This document shows, in pieces, positions 1-13,049 of a stretch of 32,269 nucleotides of DNA. The notes beneath the pieces were generated by a model that was given only the letters and a program-made list of their open reading frames with translations, did not search any database and had not been told where the DNA came from. Position 1 is the first letter of the stretch. Every line of letters begins with the position of its first letter. Made by a program: the position numbers and the translations under genes. Origin of the DNA: Vibrio sp. (GTDB taxonomy: Bacteria > Pseudomonadota > Gammaproteobacteria > Enterobacterales > Vibrionaceae); the NCBI GenBank assembly GCA_007124475.1, contig SLFB01000125.1, forward strand, positions 1-32,269, in the 5' to 3' direction.

Positions 1-100
1 AGTTATCGACACAGTAATAGCCTAAATCTTCGAGCACTCTCAATGCAACGCTTTTTCCTGCGCCAGATTGGCCGCTAACTACAATTAAACGCATACTCAT
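1..100 (-). CDS. rapZ: RNase adapter RapZ (YhbJ), 5' part only; runs off the window edge
   Basis: Manual translation from ATG at 100 (TAATG overlap with the ptsN stop; alternative ATG at 94) gives [33 protein letters not shown], the RapZ P-loop N-terminus. Canonical position after ptsN. Confidence 0.93.
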
Positions 101-558
101 TAGGCCTGTGATGGTGGGCTGAGCATAATATCAAAGAGCTCTTGATCGCTGGTAGCGTGCCGAAGCTGCTTTAGTATCTGCTTATCGTTGAGACGCTCTG
201 CCATGCAGGAGAGGGTTTTTAAATGTTCTTTACATTGCTCTTCTGGTACTAATAGTGCAAACAGTAAATCAACGGGCCGGTTGTCGATAGCGTCAAATTC
301 AATCGGTTCAGCACATTGGATAAGTACAGCTACCGCTTTGTCACTATCGCTCATACGTGCATGGGGAATGGCAATGCCATTACCAATACCAGTACTGCCC
401 ATTTTTTCTCGATTGAGCATACACTCAAACAATTCGGTGGCATTTTGCCCTGTATGTTGAGCGGCAATATCACTAATGATTTCTAACGCTCGTTTTTTGC
501 TAGAACATTGGACTGCACTTCTTGTGCAGTCCAATGAGAGTACTTCGCTTAATTGCAT
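100..558 (-). CDS. ptsN: PTS IIA(Ntr) nitrogen regulatory protein
   Basis: [19 protein letters not shown] motif with the phosphorylated His; located in the rpoN operon. Confidence 0.96.
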
Positions 559-559
559 G

Positions 560-847
560 TTAATGGCTACTTAGCTTTTCTTTATGCTTGTTGAGTTGAC
601 GAGCAAGTTTATCCACCAAACTATCGATAGCAGCGTACATATTTTCATCCTCTGCTGTCGCGTGGATTTCTGCTTGATTTACGTGGAGGGTAGCTTCAGC
701 GATCTGGCGAACTTTTTCAACCCGTAAAATGACTTGAGTGGTATTAATATGCTCGAAAAAGCGCTCAAGCTTTTGAAACTTCGAATGAACATAGTCTTGC
801 ATTGCATCGGTCAGATCAATGTGGTGGCCTTGAATATTGATTTGCAT
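560..847 (-). CDS. hpf: Ribosome hibernation promoting factor (short HPF)
   Basis: MQINIQGHHIDLT...MYAAIDSLVDKLARQL. The ATG at 847 is better spaced from AGAAGGA than the ORF-track start at 853. Confidence 0.95.
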   Translation of the reverse strand: MQINIQGHHIDLTDAMQDYVHSKFQKLERFFEHINTTQVILRVEKVRQIAEATLHVNQAEIHATAEDENMYAAIDSLVDKLARQLNKHKEKLSSH

Positions 848-870
848 AGACATTCCTTCTCTAGTTGAGC

Positions 871-2340
871 CTATAATAGGCGTTTTCGCTGGCTAGATGG
901 CGCTATTGCCAATGATTCGCGGTATTTTGCAATGGTTCGCCTTGCTACCTGAATCCCTTGCTCAGCAAGTAAGGCAGCGATTTTGCTATCACTTAACGGT
1001 TTGGCTGGGTTTTCTGCCGCAACCAATTTTTTTATCAGTGCGCGAATCGCTGTTGATGAACACTCTCCACCGTTATCCGTACTAACATGGCTGGAGAAAA
1101 AGTACTTCAGTTCAAAAATACCTCGTGGAGTATGCATGTACTTCTGTGTGGTTACCCGTGAGATCGTTGATTCATGCATTTCCACTATTTGTGCGACATC
1201 ATTTAATACCATTGGTTTCATCGCTTCTTCGCCATACTCGAAGAAATCTCGTTGATGTTCAACTATGCATTTAGCAACTTTGAGCAGGGTCTCGTTTCGG
1301 CTCTCAAGGCTCTTAATTAACCACTTTGCCTCTTGCAAATTGGTGCGGATGTAGTTGCTATCGGCATTATTGCCGCGAGCTAGACTGGCGTATTGCTGAT
1401 TAATTTTTAATTTTGGTACGCTATCTGGATTGATACTGACTTGCCATTTACCGCGCTCTTTATATACAGAAACATCGGGAACCACATACTCGGCATGATC
1501 TTGAGATATGCGATTACCAGGACGAGGATCAAGCTGCTGGATTAATTGTAGTGCATGGCGTAGAGCATCCTCTTTCAGCTTACTTTCTTTGACAATTAAT
1601 TTGAAATCACGGTTACCCAGTAAATCAATGTAGTTGGTTAGTAACAACTTCGCTTCTTCTAGCCAAGGAGTGTTGCTAGGGAAAGTGGCTAATTGTAAGA
1701 GCAAACAATCTTGTAAGTTGATTGAAGCCACGCCAAGTGGATCAAATTGTTGAATGCGCTTGCGCACAGCCTCCACTTCATCTAACTCAATTTCTTGTTC
1801 GTTAAAGTTCTCTAAAATATCGCTTAACGGTACGGTGAGGTAGCCATATTCGTCAATGGCATCAATTAATGCGTGGGCGATGCTGCGGTCAATGTCGCTA
1901 AAAGGAGTCAGATCCAATTGCCATAATAGATAATCTTGTAAGCTTTCAGTGGTTTCACCTTGATAAATGGGTAAATCATCATCTAGAGCTAAACCAGTAC
2001 TGCCGGTATTGGCGCTATAAACGTCATCCCAAGTCGTGTCTATCTCTAATTCTGAACTTATTTCCGATTTTTCAATCAGCTGAGAGCTATCTTCAACAGG
2101 CGGGCTTTCTTCAGATCGTTCTTTGTCTTGAGAGGAATCTTTATTTTGCGCGCTGAGATTGTCAGGTTCTGAAAACGTGTCACCTGTTTCTTCAATATCC
2201 AAAAGTGGGTTGGAAATTAAAGCTTCTTGAATTTCTTGCTGTAGGTCTAAGGTAGAAAGTTGCAGCAAGCGAATGGCTTGCTGCAACTGAGGCGTCATAG
2301 CTAATTGTTGGCCGATCTTAAGCTGTAATGATGGTTTCAT
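871..2340 (-). CDS. rpoN: RNA polymerase sigma-54 factor
   Basis: Region [16 protein letters not shown]; HTH HESTISR; RpoN box [10 protein letters not shown]. Confidence 0.98.
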   Translation of the reverse strand: MKPSLQLKIGQQLAMTPQLQQAIRLLQLSTLDLQQEIQEALISNPLLDIEETGDTFSEPDNLSAQNKDSSQDKERSEESPPVEDSSQLIEKSEISSELEIDTTWDDVYSANTGSTGLALDDDLPIYQGETTESLQDYLLWQLDLTPFSDIDRSIAHALIDAIDEYGYLTVPLSDILENFNEQEIELDEVEAVRKRIQQFDPLGVASINLQDCLLLQLATFPSNTPWLEEAKLLLTNYIDLLGNRDFKLIVKESKLKEDALRHALQLIQQLDPRPGNRISQDHAEYVVPDVSVYKERGKWQVSINPDSVPKLKINQQYASLARGNNADSNYIRTNLQEAKWLIKSLESRNETLLKVAKCIVEHQRDFFEYGEEAMKPMVLNDVAQIVEMHESTISRVTTQKYMHTPRGIFELKYFFSSHVSTDNGGECSSTAIRALIKKLVAAENPAKPLSDSKIAALLAEQGIQVARRTIAKYRESLAIAPSSQRKRLL

Positions 2341-2546
2341 TCAGTATTAACTACCTTGTTCATAGAATGCGAGATACAGATCTCTGCTAGATTTATCCTC
2401 ATTGGCTTTGTTATCTAGCAGCAAAGTGAGCAATGTCTTAATCATATCATTGCAAAATATTTAGTGTGATACCAGCTAGGAGGGTGGATGATCCCGCCCT
2501 TAACGGATATCTCGTGATTGATAGATATTTGCATTTGCTATGTTAA

Positions 2547-3275
2547 TCATAGACGGAATTGTTCACCAAGATAAACCTGTTTTACCTGTTCATTATTGAG
2601 CACTTCGTGTGGTGACCCTTCAGCAATTAAATGCCCTTGACTGACAATATAGGCTTTTTCACACACATCGAGTGTTTCTCGCACGTTATGGTCAGTAATC
2701 AGTACGCCGAGCCCACGATCTCTCAAGTGTTCAATAATACGCTTAATATCAATGACAGAAATTGGATCGACGCCAGCAAAAGGTTCGTCCAATAAAATAA
2801 ATTTAGGGTTGGCCGCTAAAGCACGAGCGATTTCAACTCGACGCCGTTCTCCCCCTGACAGTGCCATGCCGGCACTATGGCGAATATGCTGGATATTAAA
2901 CTCTTCGAGCAGGTCTTCTAGCTTGTCTTGGCGTTCTTCATTGCTTAGCTCATCACGAGTCTGTAAAACCGCCATGATATTGTCTTCAACTGATAGCTTA
3001 CGAAAAATGGAAGCCTCTTGGGGTAAATAGCCAATACCCATTCGCGAGCGTCGGTGCATTGGTAAGATACTGATATCTTTACCATCGATAGTTATCGAGC
3101 CTTCATCACGAGCGACTAAGCCGACTATCATGTAAAAAGACGTTGTTTTACCGGCACCGTTCGGCCCCAATAAACCGACAATTTGCCCCGATTCGACTTG
3201 TAGGCTCACATCTGAAACGACTTTACGTTTTTTATAACTTTTGGCTAAATGTTCAGCCTTTAATATAGATGTCAT
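2547..3275 (-). CDS. lptB: LPS export ABC transporter ATPase
   Basis: Walker [35 protein letters not shown]; lptCAB order. Confidence 0.97.
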   Translation of the reverse strand: MTSILKAEHLAKSYKKRKVVSDVSLQVESGQIVGLLGPNGAGKTTSFYMIVGLVARDEGSITIDGKDISILPMHRRSRMGIGYLPQEASIFRKLSVEDNIMAVLQTRDELSNEERQDKLEDLLEEFNIQHIRHSAGMALSGGERRRVEIARALAANPKFILLDEPFAGVDPISVIDIKRIIEHLRDRGLGVLITDHNVRETLDVCEKAYIVSQGHLIAEGSPHEVLNNEQVKQVYLGEQFRL

Positions 3276-3772
3276 GGATTCTTCTGTACTGCTTGAGGTT
3301 GAATAATGGTCGAAACACGTTCAGAACCTTGCCCATCAGCGACCAGTTGTTGTGATGATATTTGATAGCGAATTTGCTGGCCGCGAATTTCACTATCATC
3401 TTGGGCAAGCATGGCTTGTCCAATCATCAGTAGTTCGTCTTTGGCCATTTTGTAATACAGCTGTTCAGCTTGACCATGCAAAGTCTTGCCGTCTTCTGTT
3501 AACTGAGAAAAGGTCGCCGGATTACCGAAACTTTCAATTTGTTCGATGTTGCCAGTTTGCGGATCACGGGTCACAATAAGTCGCTCAGCATGAATATTAA
3601 TGCTGCCTTGAACCAGTTTTACATTTGAGAGATACGTTACTCGATTGTTTTTCATGTCCAGCTGCATACTGTCTGAATCAATATGAATTGGCTGTTGACT
3701 ATCTACCGATAGGGCAAGCGCTGGGGCTGAAGTTAATAAACAAGCTAAAAGACTAAGGTGTGAAAGTTTCAT
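3272..3772 (-). CDS. lptA: LPS transport periplasmic protein LptA
   Basis: Signal peptide [20 protein letters not shown], then [11 protein letters not shown] and GNPATF; lies between lptC and lptB. Start moved to the internal ATG at 3772. Confidence 0.92.
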   Translation of the reverse strand: MKLSHLSLLACLLTSAPALALSVDSQQPIHIDSDSMQLDMKNNRVTYLSNVKLVQGSINIHAERLIVTRDPQTGNIEQIESFGNPATFSQLTEDGKTLHGQAEQLYYKMAKDELLMIGQAMLAQDDSEIRGQQIRYQISSQQLVADGQGSERVSTIIQPQAVQKNP

Positions 3773-4316
3773 ATCTGCCTTGTACACGATTGTAAAGAAT
3801 AGCTGAGTGATCGGATAAATTACCTTTCATCGCCTGTCCACGAGTTTCAAACTGTGGGCCAATTAAAGTGATTTGGCTATCGGCCCAAAAATCACGGTTA
3901 TCCAGTTGAATGCTCATTTTATTGGTAGTGAGCTTCTCAAAACTTGAATCTGTGAGTAAGTTATAAGCCACGACATCATCATACAGGATCAAGATCTGCT
4001 GTTTGGTTAAAATGCCGCGTTTGGCACTTAATTGCCATTCTTGAGTGCTACCATTGCGATAAACTTTAAGCACCGGATAGTCAAAAGTGGTATGCCCACT
4101 TTCAGCATAGAAGTCCAATTGTTGTGAGGTAATCACGTAATTGCGTACGCCTTGTTGATTATAGGTCACATTCTCAAGGCGTTTACCACTAAACATAGGT
4201 AATTCTACATTAGGCGCAACTTGAATCACGCTTGGTTGCTCTTTATCAAATAGATAATAGCCTGACCCAGCAGCAAGCAAAAATAAACACAGATAAAAAA
4301 AACGAGCTAACGTCAT
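3753..4316 (-). CDS. lptC: LPS export protein LptC
   Basis: Single N-terminal TM helix followed by a beta-rich periplasmic domain; kdsC-lptC-lptA synteny. Confidence 0.9.
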   Translation of the reverse strand: MTLARFFYLCLFLLAAGSGYYLFDKEQPSVIQVAPNVELPMFSGKRLENVTYNQQGVRNYVITSQQLDFYAESGHTTFDYPVLKVYRNGSTQEWQLSAKRGILTKQQILILYDDVVAYNLLTDSSFEKLTTNKMSIQLDNRDFWADSQITLIGPQFETRGQAMKGNLSDHSAILYNRVQGRYETFTP

Positions 4317-4870
4317 ATACTCAAGCCTTGATGGGTTTCTAACTCACCTCGGGCTTGCAGAATTAAATCACAAACTTCGCGCACTGCTCCATGCCCGCCC
4401 TTAATATGGGTGATGTAGTTGGCCCGTTGTCTCAATAAAGGATGGCCGTCTGCAACACACACTTTAAGTGCAACTTGTGCCATCACGGGCCAGTCGATTA
4501 AATCATCGCCGATATAAGCAATGTGATCCGGTGCGATAGCTAGTTTTTGACAAATATCTCGATAAGCTATGAGCTTATCTTCTTGTCCTTGATAGATCAG
4601 TGATATGCCAAGCGCTCGCATGCGGTTTTCAACGATTTGTGATTGGCGACCTGTGATCACAGCAACATGGATCCCTGCTTTCATTAGTGCCTTGATACCA
4701 TAACCATCGCGAGTATGAAACGTTTTAAGCTCTTCTCCTTGATTGCCCATATAAACTAGGCCATCGGAAAAAACGCCATCTACATCACATATAACGAGCT
4801 TAATATGTTTAGCAGTGTTGATTAAGCTGGCATCAACGGTGCCGTATAAAGTGGTGATGGGGGCAGACAT
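4313..4870 (-). CDS. kdsC: KDO 8-phosphate phosphatase
   Basis: HAD motif CDVDGVFSDG, GDDLID, GGHGAVREVCDLIL. Confidence 0.96.
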   Translation of the reverse strand: MSAPITTLYGTVDASLINTAKHIKLVICDVDGVFSDGLVYMGNQGEELKTFHTRDGYGIKALMKAGIHVAVITGRQSQIVENRMRALGISLIYQGQEDKLIAYRDICQKLAIAPDHIAYIGDDLIDWPVMAQVALKVCVADGHPLLRQRANYITHIKGGHGAVREVCDLILQARGELETHQGLSI

Positions 4871-5844
4871 TACATAACTCCGGCTTTGAGTAGATCGTGC
4901 ATATTCAGTGCGCCTACCAGCTTATCATTGTCAACCAGCATCAGGCCATTGATACGCTTCTCTTGCATTAAGTTTAGACCTTCAACGGCGAGTAGGTGAG
5001 GTGAAGCGACGGTTGGATTTTGGGTCATGACTTGCTCAATCGTTGCCTGATGAATATCGATGCGTTTATCGAGTATCCGGCGCAGATCACCATCGGTAAA
5101 AATACCAATCAACTCATCATCTTGATTAACCACCGCCGTCATACCTAAGCCTTTTTGGCTGATTTCCAGTAAAGCATCGCGAATCAAGGCATTGGGTAAT
5201 ACTTTTGGTAAGGCACTTCCTTGATGCATGATATCCGATAGTTTTAGTAGCAATTTTCGTCCCAGTGCTCCTCCGGGATGAGATAATGCAAAATCTTCAG
5301 CCGTAAAACCACGAGCTTGTAATAGAGCCACGGCTAAGGCATCGCCCATCACTAAGGTGGCGGTGGTACTCGACGTTGGTGCTAAGCCGAGTGGACATGC
5401 CTCTTGTGGAACGGTGATTTGTAGGTGAATATCTGCCAAAGTGGCCATGGTTGAATTTGGGTTGCCTGTCATACTGATAATTCGGTTGTTGAGACGCTTT
5501 AAAACTGGAAATAGCGCCAGAATTTCCGATGACTCACCCGAATTTGAGATGGCAAGAACGATGTCTCCGCGTTCTATCATGCCCAAATCGCCATGAGATG
5601 CTTCTCCTGGGTGGACGAAAAACGCAGAGGTACCAGTGCTGGCTAAAGTCGCCGCTATCTTTCGGCCAATATGACCAGATTTGCCAATTCCCATTACCGC
5701 GACTTTTCCTTGTTGATTGGCAATGATCATCTGACAAGCATGAACGAAATCCGCATTAATATACTGTGCCAGTTGCTGTAATCCGGCAATTTCGGTAGCT
5801 AATACTTGCTGAGCTACGCGGCGGTAATCAAAGTTATCGGACAT
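4870..5844 (-). CDS. kdsD: Arabinose-5-phosphate isomerase (SIS + CBS domains)
   Basis: GIGKSGHIGRK, EASHGDLG, APTSST, HPGGALG; C-terminal CBS pair. Confidence 0.96.
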   Translation of the reverse strand: MSDNFDYRRVAQQVLATEIAGLQQLAQYINADFVHACQMIIANQQGKVAVMGIGKSGHIGRKIAATLASTGTSAFFVHPGEASHGDLGMIERGDIVLAISNSGESSEILALFPVLKRLNNRIISMTGNPNSTMATLADIHLQITVPQEACPLGLAPTSSTTATLVMGDALAVALLQARGFTAEDFALSHPGGALGRKLLLKLSDIMHQGSALPKVLPNALIRDALLEISQKGLGMTAVVNQDDELIGIFTDGDLRRILDKRIDIHQATIEQVMTQNPTVASPHLLAVEGLNLMQEKRINGLMLVDNDKLVGALNMHDLLKAGVM

Positions 5845-5858
5845 TTGCTTTTCCTAAA

Positions 5859-6824
5859 TTAAGCGGCCATGTTAATCAATAAGTACCCTTGATAAATCAA
5901 GAAGATAATAAATAGGGCTCCACCTTCGAGGCGATTAATACTGCGTGATTTACCGAGTGCCATCACGACTAATAATAGTGATAGGCCAAGCATGACCCAA
6001 AAATCACGGCCCATTACGCTGTCGCTGAGGATCGCGGGATTGAGTAAGCCAGGTATACCCATTACGGCTAAAATATTAAAGACATTGGAGCCGATGATAT
6101 TACCGACAGCCATATCATCTTCACCTTTTAAAACCCCAGCCAATGATGCCGCTAGTTCTGGTAAGCTGGTACCGACAGCAATGATGGTTAAACCTATCAC
6201 TAAGTCGCTCATGCCAAAGTATTTGGCAATAATAATCGAATTATTCACCAGTATATTAGCGGAAATAGGCAGTAAGATTAAACCAATTGCCACCCAAAAA
6301 AGAGCGTGTTTATTATTAACCCCATCGGGGATCTCCGACTCTCTTTCTGCTAGTAAGGTATCGCCATGTTGTTGTTCTTTACGGCTGATCTGCAACATGG
6401 TGAGAATAAATGCTACAAATAGAGACACTAATAGGATGCCTTCATAAAAACCGAGATGGCTGTTCCAAAGTAATAAGCCCGCGAGTAGAGTGACCCCTAT
6501 CATGAGTGGTAGTTCACGCCTTAATACCACTGAGCTGATTGATAAGGGTTTTATTAATGCTGTGATACCGAGGATCAGCGCAATATTGGCAATATTCGAG
6601 CCGAGAACGTTACCAACCGCGGTATCCGTTTTGCCTTCTAGTGCTGCGGTGGCGGAGACCATCATTTCTGGCGCAGATGATCCCATCGCTAAAATGGTCA
6701 TCCCGATAACTAAAGGGGAGATACCAATATTACGAGCAATAGCGGCCGCTCCGAAGACCAACCTATCAGCGCTCCATACCAAGAGGATAAGACCGACGAT
6801 CAGTAAAGCAGTGGCTTCGAACAT
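5859..6824 (-). CDS. yrbG: Calcium/sodium antiporter (CaCA family)
   Basis: Two alpha repeats, GSSAPE...GSNIAN and GTSLPE...GSNVFN; upstream of kdsD. Confidence 0.92.
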   Translation of the reverse strand: MFEATALLIVGLILLVWSADRLVFGAAAIARNIGISPLVIGMTILAMGSSAPEMMVSATAALEGKTDTAVGNVLGSNIANIALILGITALIKPLSISSVVLRRELPLMIGVTLLAGLLLWNSHLGFYEGILLVSLFVAFILTMLQISRKEQQHGDTLLAERESEIPDGVNNKHALFWVAIGLILLPISANILVNNSIIIAKYFGMSDLVIGLTIIAVGTSLPELAASLAGVLKGEDDMAVGNIIGSNVFNILAVMGIPGLLNPAILSDSVMGRDFWVMLGLSLLLVVMALGKSRSINRLEGGALFIIFLIYQGYLLINMAA

Positions 6825-7024
6825 AGCGATTCCTAATAAAAAAGAATGAATAACCGCTAATTTTGACGTGTTGAGGGGTAAAAGGGAAGCTGAAGATACT
6901 ATTTATTACGCTATTTTTTGCGTGGATTCGTTGCAGATTTATTGAGCTATGCTTTTCATTTGGCTGCAATCTGCTTATGATTGCTCATTATTTAGATGGA
7001 TAGACACAACGGTGAATCGAGAAT

Positions 7025-7828
7025 ATGTCCGAAACTGATTTAGTGACCATCAAGGATTTAACTTTTTCGCGTGCGAATCGACTTATTTTCGACCAAGTCA
7101 GTTTACAAGTCCCGAAAGGTAAAATCACAGCGATTATGGGACCGTCTGGGATAGGAAAAACGACTTTACTGCGTTTAATCGGTGGTCAGTTGTTACCAGA
7201 ACGCGGAGAGATCTGGTTTGATGGGCAAAATATTCCGAGCTTATCTCGTCCGCAGCTTTATCAAGCTCGAAAAAAAATGAGTATGCTTTTTCAGTCGGGC
7301 GCATTATTCACCGACCTTAATGTGTTTGATAATGTCGCCTTCCCGTTACGTGAGCACACACAACTTAATGAAACTTTAATTAGAACGTTAGTATTATTGA
7401 AGTTAGAAGCCGTTGGGTTACGTGGTGCAGCACAGTTAATGCCTAGTGAGTTATCAGGAGGGATGGCTCGGCGCGCGGCACTAGCGCGAGCGATTGCGCT
7501 TGACCCTGAATTAATCATGTATGATGAGCCTTTCGTAGGACAAGACCCTATCACGATGGGCGTTTTGGTTGAGTTGATTCGTAATTTAAATCAAGCCTTG
7601 GGCTTAACCTCTGTTGTTGTCTCACATGATGTACCAGAAGTGATGAGTATTGCTGATTGGGTTTACTTATTAGCCAATGGTAAAGTCATTGCTTACGGCA
7701 CCCCTGAATCGTTAACCAATAACCCGGATCCTCAAGTACAACAATTTTTGCAAGGGGAAGCAGATGGACCAGTACCATTTCGCTTTCCTGCCCAACCTTT
7801 AGAGAAGGATTTGTTTGATGGCATATAA
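7025..7828 (+). CDS. mlaF: Phospholipid ABC transporter ATPase
   Basis: [38 protein letters not shown]. Confidence 0.96.
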   Translation: MSETDLVTIKDLTFSRANRLIFDQVSLQVPKGKITAIMGPSGIGKTTLLRLIGGQLLPERGEIWFDGQNIPSLSRPQLYQARKKMSMLFQSGALFTDLNVFDNVAFPLREHTQLNETLIRTLVLLKLEAVGLRGAAQLMPSELSGGMARRAALARAIALDPELIMYDEPFVGQDPITMGVLVELIRNLNQALGLTSVVVSHDVPEVMSIADWVYLLANGKVIAYGTPESLTNNPDPQVQQFLQGEADGPVPFRFPAQPLEKDLFDGI

Positions 7829-8609
7829 TTGGCAAGAAACTATTAGCCGTTTTGGCCGTCGTTGCCTCGGGGTTAGCGAATCCTTTGGACGAGCAAGCTT
7901 AATGCTATTCGGCGCGCTAGTGGGCAGGCCTAGACCCATCCAACACTTACCACTGTTAATCAAGCAGCTTTACAGTGTCGGTGTGCAATCATTGGCGATT
8001 ATCGTTGTCTCAGGGTTGTTTATCGGCATGGTACTTAGTCTACAAGGGTATGTCATTCTCGTGGATTTTGGTGCAGAAACCAGCCTCGGTCAAATGGTGG
8101 CGCTTTCTTTGTTACGTGAGCTTGGCCCTGTGGTCACCGCATTGCTTTTTGCCGGACGAGCCGGTTCCGCGTTGACCGCCGAAATTGGTTTAATGAAAGC
8201 CACAGAGCAAATTTCCAGTTTAGAGATGATGGCGGTTGATCCATTAAAACGGATTGTTGCCCCACGCTTGTGGGCTGGACTGATTTCCATGCCACTACTA
8301 GCCATGATTTTTATGGCGGTGGGTATTTGGGGGGGCCATTTAGTTGGTGTTGATTGGAAAGGGATTGATCACGGCAGCTTTTGGTCTGTCATGCAATCTT
8401 CGGTTCAATTAGGCAGAGATATTGGTAACAGCATGATCAAGTGTGTGGTGTTTGCTATCACGGTAACTTGGATTGCGCTATTTAACGGCTATGACGCAAT
8501 TCCTACTTCTGAAGGAATTAGTCGTGCAACAACACGTACCGTGGTGCACTCGTCTTTGGCAGTGTTAGCCTTGGATTTTGTTTTGACCGCATTGATGTTT
8601 GGGAATTAA
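7818..8609 (+). CDS. mlaE: Phospholipid ABC transporter permease
   Basis: [34 protein letters not shown] signature; ATG at 7818 (ORF track uses TTG at 7815). Confidence 0.96.
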   Translation: MAYNWQETISRFGRRCLGVSESFGRASLMLFGALVGRPRPIQHLPLLIKQLYSVGVQSLAIIVVSGLFIGMVLSLQGYVILVDFGAETSLGQMVALSLLRELGPVVTALLFAGRAGSALTAEIGLMKATEQISSLEMMAVDPLKRIVAPRLWAGLISMPLLAMIFMAVGIWGGHLVGVDWKGIDHGSFWSVMQSSVQLGRDIGNSMIKCVVFAITVTWIALFNGYDAIPTSEGISRATTRTVVHSSLAVLALDFVLTALMFGN

Positions 8610-8611
8610 AC

Positions 8612-9097
8612 ATGCAACAAACACGAAAAGTAGAGTTTTGGGTAGGCAGTTTTGTGCTAGCAGGAATTTGCGCAATATTGATTATGATTTTTCATGTTGC
8701 TGACGTGAAAGGATTGGGTTCAAACGATACTTACTCACTCACCGCTGAGTTCGATAATATAGGTAATTTAAAAGTACGCTCCCCTGTTAAGGTGGGAGGC
8801 GTCGTGGTTGGGCGAGTTGCTGATATTAGGCTTGATCCTCAGCGTTTATTACCGGTTGTTACCTTAGCGATCGACAGTCGTTATGATCAATTTCCAGAAA
8901 CATCGAGTGTTAAAATATTGACCTCAGGACTGATTGGTGAACAGTACATCGGGCTGGTGCCTGGTTTTGTATTTGATGATGAACAAATGCTGCGCGATGG
9001 AGATCATATTGATGATACTAAGTCAGCATTAGTGCTAGAAGATTTAATCGGCCAGGTGTTGTACAGCGTCGGTAGCAATTCATCCACCAATGAATAA
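8612..9097 (+). CDS. mlaD: MCE-domain lipid asymmetry protein
   Basis: FDNIGNLKVRSPVKVGGVVVGRV, TSGLIGEQYI. Confidence 0.96.
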   Translation: MQQTRKVEFWVGSFVLAGICAILIMIFHVADVKGLGSNDTYSLTAEFDNIGNLKVRSPVKVGGVVVGRVADIRLDPQRLLPVVTLAIDSRYDQFPETSSVKILTSGLIGEQYIGLVPGFVFDDEQMLRDGDHIDDTKSALVLEDLIGQVLYSVGSNSSTNE

Positions 9098-9109
9098 TAG
9101 GAGTGGCCA

Positions 9110-9745
9110 ATGTTAAAGCGTTATTGGATAGTGATACTGAGTTTGTTTTTTTCTGTTGCTTTGCAAGCACAAGAAATAGATAAAACTCAACCCTACCAAA
9201 TGATGAAACAAGTGGCTGAAAAGTCGTTTGCGCGTTTGAAAGCTGATCAGCCTCTAATTCGTGAAAATCCCGAGTATTTAAAGGTGATTGTTGAAGAAGA
9301 GCTAATGCCTTATATCAATGAGCAATATGCGGCATTGATGTTGCTGGGCTCGCATTTACAAGGCGCTAATCGTGATGATGTCGGGCAGTTTATCAAGGCA
9401 TTTCGCGCTTACATGGTCACCAGTTATGCGCAAGCATTAACACAATATAAAGATCAACGCGTTGAATTTGTTCCAGAAGTTCCTATTCCAGAAGGACGTC
9501 GTATCACGGGTATTCAGGTTGATCTTATTGACCCACCAAGACCGAATATTCGGGTTGAATTTCGTTTACGCCAAGAGCGTAATGGTGAATGGAAAGGGTT
9601 TGATATGATTGCTGAAGGAATTAGTCTGCTATCTAGCCAGCAATCTGAATGGAGTGGCAAAATACGCCAAGAGGGAATTTTAGCCGTTGCGCAAGAGCTG
9701 CAGCGTTTATCTGAACAACCGATCCGTTTTGAGAGTCAACATTAA
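9110..9745 (+). CDS. mlaC: Periplasmic phospholipid-binding protein
   Basis: Signal peptide; WKGFDMIAEGISLL motif; operon position. Confidence 0.94.
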   Translation: MLKRYWIVILSLFFSVALQAQEIDKTQPYQMMKQVAEKSFARLKADQPLIRENPEYLKVIVEEELMPYINEQYAALMLLGSHLQGANRDDVGQFIKAFRAYMVTSYAQALTQYKDQRVEFVPEVPIPEGRRITGIQVDLIDPPRPNIRVEFRLRQERNGEWKGFDMIAEGISLLSSQQSEWSGKIRQEGILAVAQELQRLSEQPIRFESQH

Positions 9746-10063
9746 TGCGCGATAGTCAATGGCATAAATTCGAGCTTACTCAGGGATATTTGAGCGGAGC
9801 GTTAGATAGAGAAACGGTTCCTGATTTGTGGCAAATCTTGCAAGAGTGGCAGCCAAACCAGAGTCGCTATGAGGTTTCCCTTGCTCAGGTAGAGCGGATT
9901 GATTCTGCCGGTATGGTGATGCTGATCCACTTAATAGAGCATGCAAAATCACTAAATTGTCATATAATGCTGAGTTTTGTGCCACAACAACTGCGCACAT
10001 TATTTCAGCTGAGCAACATCGAATCCATGATGGCTCAACATATTCAATCATCAGCAGGGGTGA

Positions 10064-10074
<11 letters not shown>
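9745..10074 (+). CDS. mlaB: STAS-domain protein MlaB
   Basis: STAS motif VERIDSAG; follows mlaC with a TAATG overlap. Confidence 0.88.
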
Positions 10075-11597
<1,523 letters not shown>

Positions 11598-11621
11598 TCA
11601 TTAATTAATTGAGTGATTAAT

Positions 11622-11650
11622 GGGCCGAAAAGCATTTTTCGGCCCTTGTT
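11622..11650 (+). terminator. Probable intrinsic terminator after murA
   Basis: GGGCCGAAAA-gcat-TTTTCGGCCC 10-bp stem followed by TTGTT. Confidence 0.6.
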
Positions 11651-11675
11651 AATTTTCTCTATGGAGAGTTCTAGC

Positions 11676-12410
11676 ATGATTGCTATTTTGCGCATTTTGG
11701 CTCTTGCGGTATTTGCGATAGTTGTATTTACTTTTGGTAGCTTCTACTGTTTATTTAGCCCACGCAACTCAAAACATGTTTTTAACTTTGGCCGTTTATT
11801 TGCCAAGATGTCACGTGTTTTCGGTATTACTCTAGAGCTTCGTTTGCCCGAAGATGCCTATCGACGGGGGCAAGCCATTTATATTGCCAATCATCAAAAT
11901 ACTTGGGATTTATTTACCGTGTCTTCAGCGGTCACGCCTAAGGTGGTCACGGTCGGTAAAAAAAGCTTATTGTGGACGCCTTTGTTTGGCCAACTGTATT
12001 GGCTTACGGGTAATATTTTGATTGACCGAGCCAATAAAACCAAAGCTAAGGGCACGATTGATCAAGTGATTGAAAAGATGAATGAGAGCGATCTATCGGT
12101 CTGGATGTTTCCTGAAGGAACTCGGTCACGAGGTCGAGGCTTATTGCCATTTAAAGCTGGCGCTTTTCATGCTGCTATTGGGGCTAAAGTGCCAGTGATC
12201 CCGATTGTGTGTAGTTCTACTGATCATTTACGGTTAAACCGTTGGAATAATGGCCATGTTATTGTTGAGATGTTACCCCCAGTAAGTACAGAGGGTATGA
12301 GCAAAGATCAAGTACGCGAGCTTTCTCAGCAATGTCATCAGGCGATGCAAACCAAGCTGCTTGAGCTAGATAAAGAAGTGTCACACCTCAATGGCAAATC
12401 AACACATTGA
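11676..12410 (+). CDS. plsC: 1-acyl-sn-glycerol-3-phosphate acyltransferase
   Basis: NHQNTWD (HX4D) and FPEGTRS motifs. ATG at 11676 is preceded by GGAGAG; the ORF-track start at 11613 runs through the terminator. Confidence 0.93.
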   Translation: MIAILRILALAVFAIVVFTFGSFYCLFSPRNSKHVFNFGRLFAKMSRVFGITLELRLPEDAYRRGQAIYIANHQNTWDLFTVSSAVTPKVVTVGKKSLLWTPLFGQLYWLTGNILIDRANKTKAKGTIDQVIEKMNESDLSVWMFPEGTRSRGRGLLPFKAGAFHAAIGAKVPVIPIVCSSTDHLRLNRWNNGHVIVEMLPPVSTEGMSKDQVRELSQQCHQAMQTKLLELDKEVSHLNGKSTH

Positions 12411-12434
12411 TACGGTTTTTTATCGTTTAACAAT

Positions 12435-12470
12435 AAAAGAAGAGGCTGCCAGGTAGGCAACCTCTTTTTT
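12435..12470. terminator. Bidirectional terminator between convergent plsC and ridA
   Basis: AAGAGGCTGCC-aggta-GGCAACCTCTT stem with an A-run before and a T-run after. Confidence 0.75.
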
Positions 12471-12533
12471 ATACTAGAGTCTGTTTCTCTTTCGCTGCAA
12501 AAATCAGCTCGAAAGATAAACAGACCCTAATGC

Positions 12534-12923
12534 TTAGCGACGGACAGCAATGGCTTCAATTTCAATACCAACATCTTTTGGTAAGCGCGCTACTTCAACG
12601 CAAGAGCGAGCTGGGTAGTTGGCAACTTTATGCTGGTCAAAAAACTGACCATACACTTCATTTACGGTAGCAAAATCATTAAGATCTTTGACAAATACCG
12701 TCATTTTCACAATATCATTAACCGTTAAACCTGAAGACTCCACCACTGCTTTGACGTTATCTAAAGATTGTTTCGCTTGAGCGGCGATACTTGTCGGCAC
12801 TTCTCCAGTGACTGGGTTTACTGGGATTTGCCCTGAAGTGAGGACCATGTTACCTAAATCTATGCCTTGAATATAAGGACCAATAGCCGCCGGAGCTGAC
12901 TCGGTGTGCAAAACTTTAGTCAT
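12534..12923 (-). CDS. ridA: RidA family enamine/imine deaminase
   Basis: APAAIGPYIQG, TSGQIP, YPARSCVEVARLPK; downstream of pyrI as in enterobacteria. Confidence 0.94.
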   Translation of the reverse strand: MTKVLHTESAPAAIGPYIQGIDLGNMVLTSGQIPVNPVTGEVPTSIAAQAKQSLDNVKAVVESSGLTVNDIVKMTVFVKDLNDFATVNEVYGQFFDQHKVANYPARSCVEVARLPKDVGIEIEAIAVRR

Positions 12924-13049
12924 GCGAGTTATCCATAATCTTGATGAAAAAATGAGTTTTTAGTGTGCCTCTAAACCTTCAAGAGGTAAAGAGGCAATCT
13001 TGTGCTTCATGATCTAACACGGATTGAGTAGGCTCAGTCAGACACTCAC

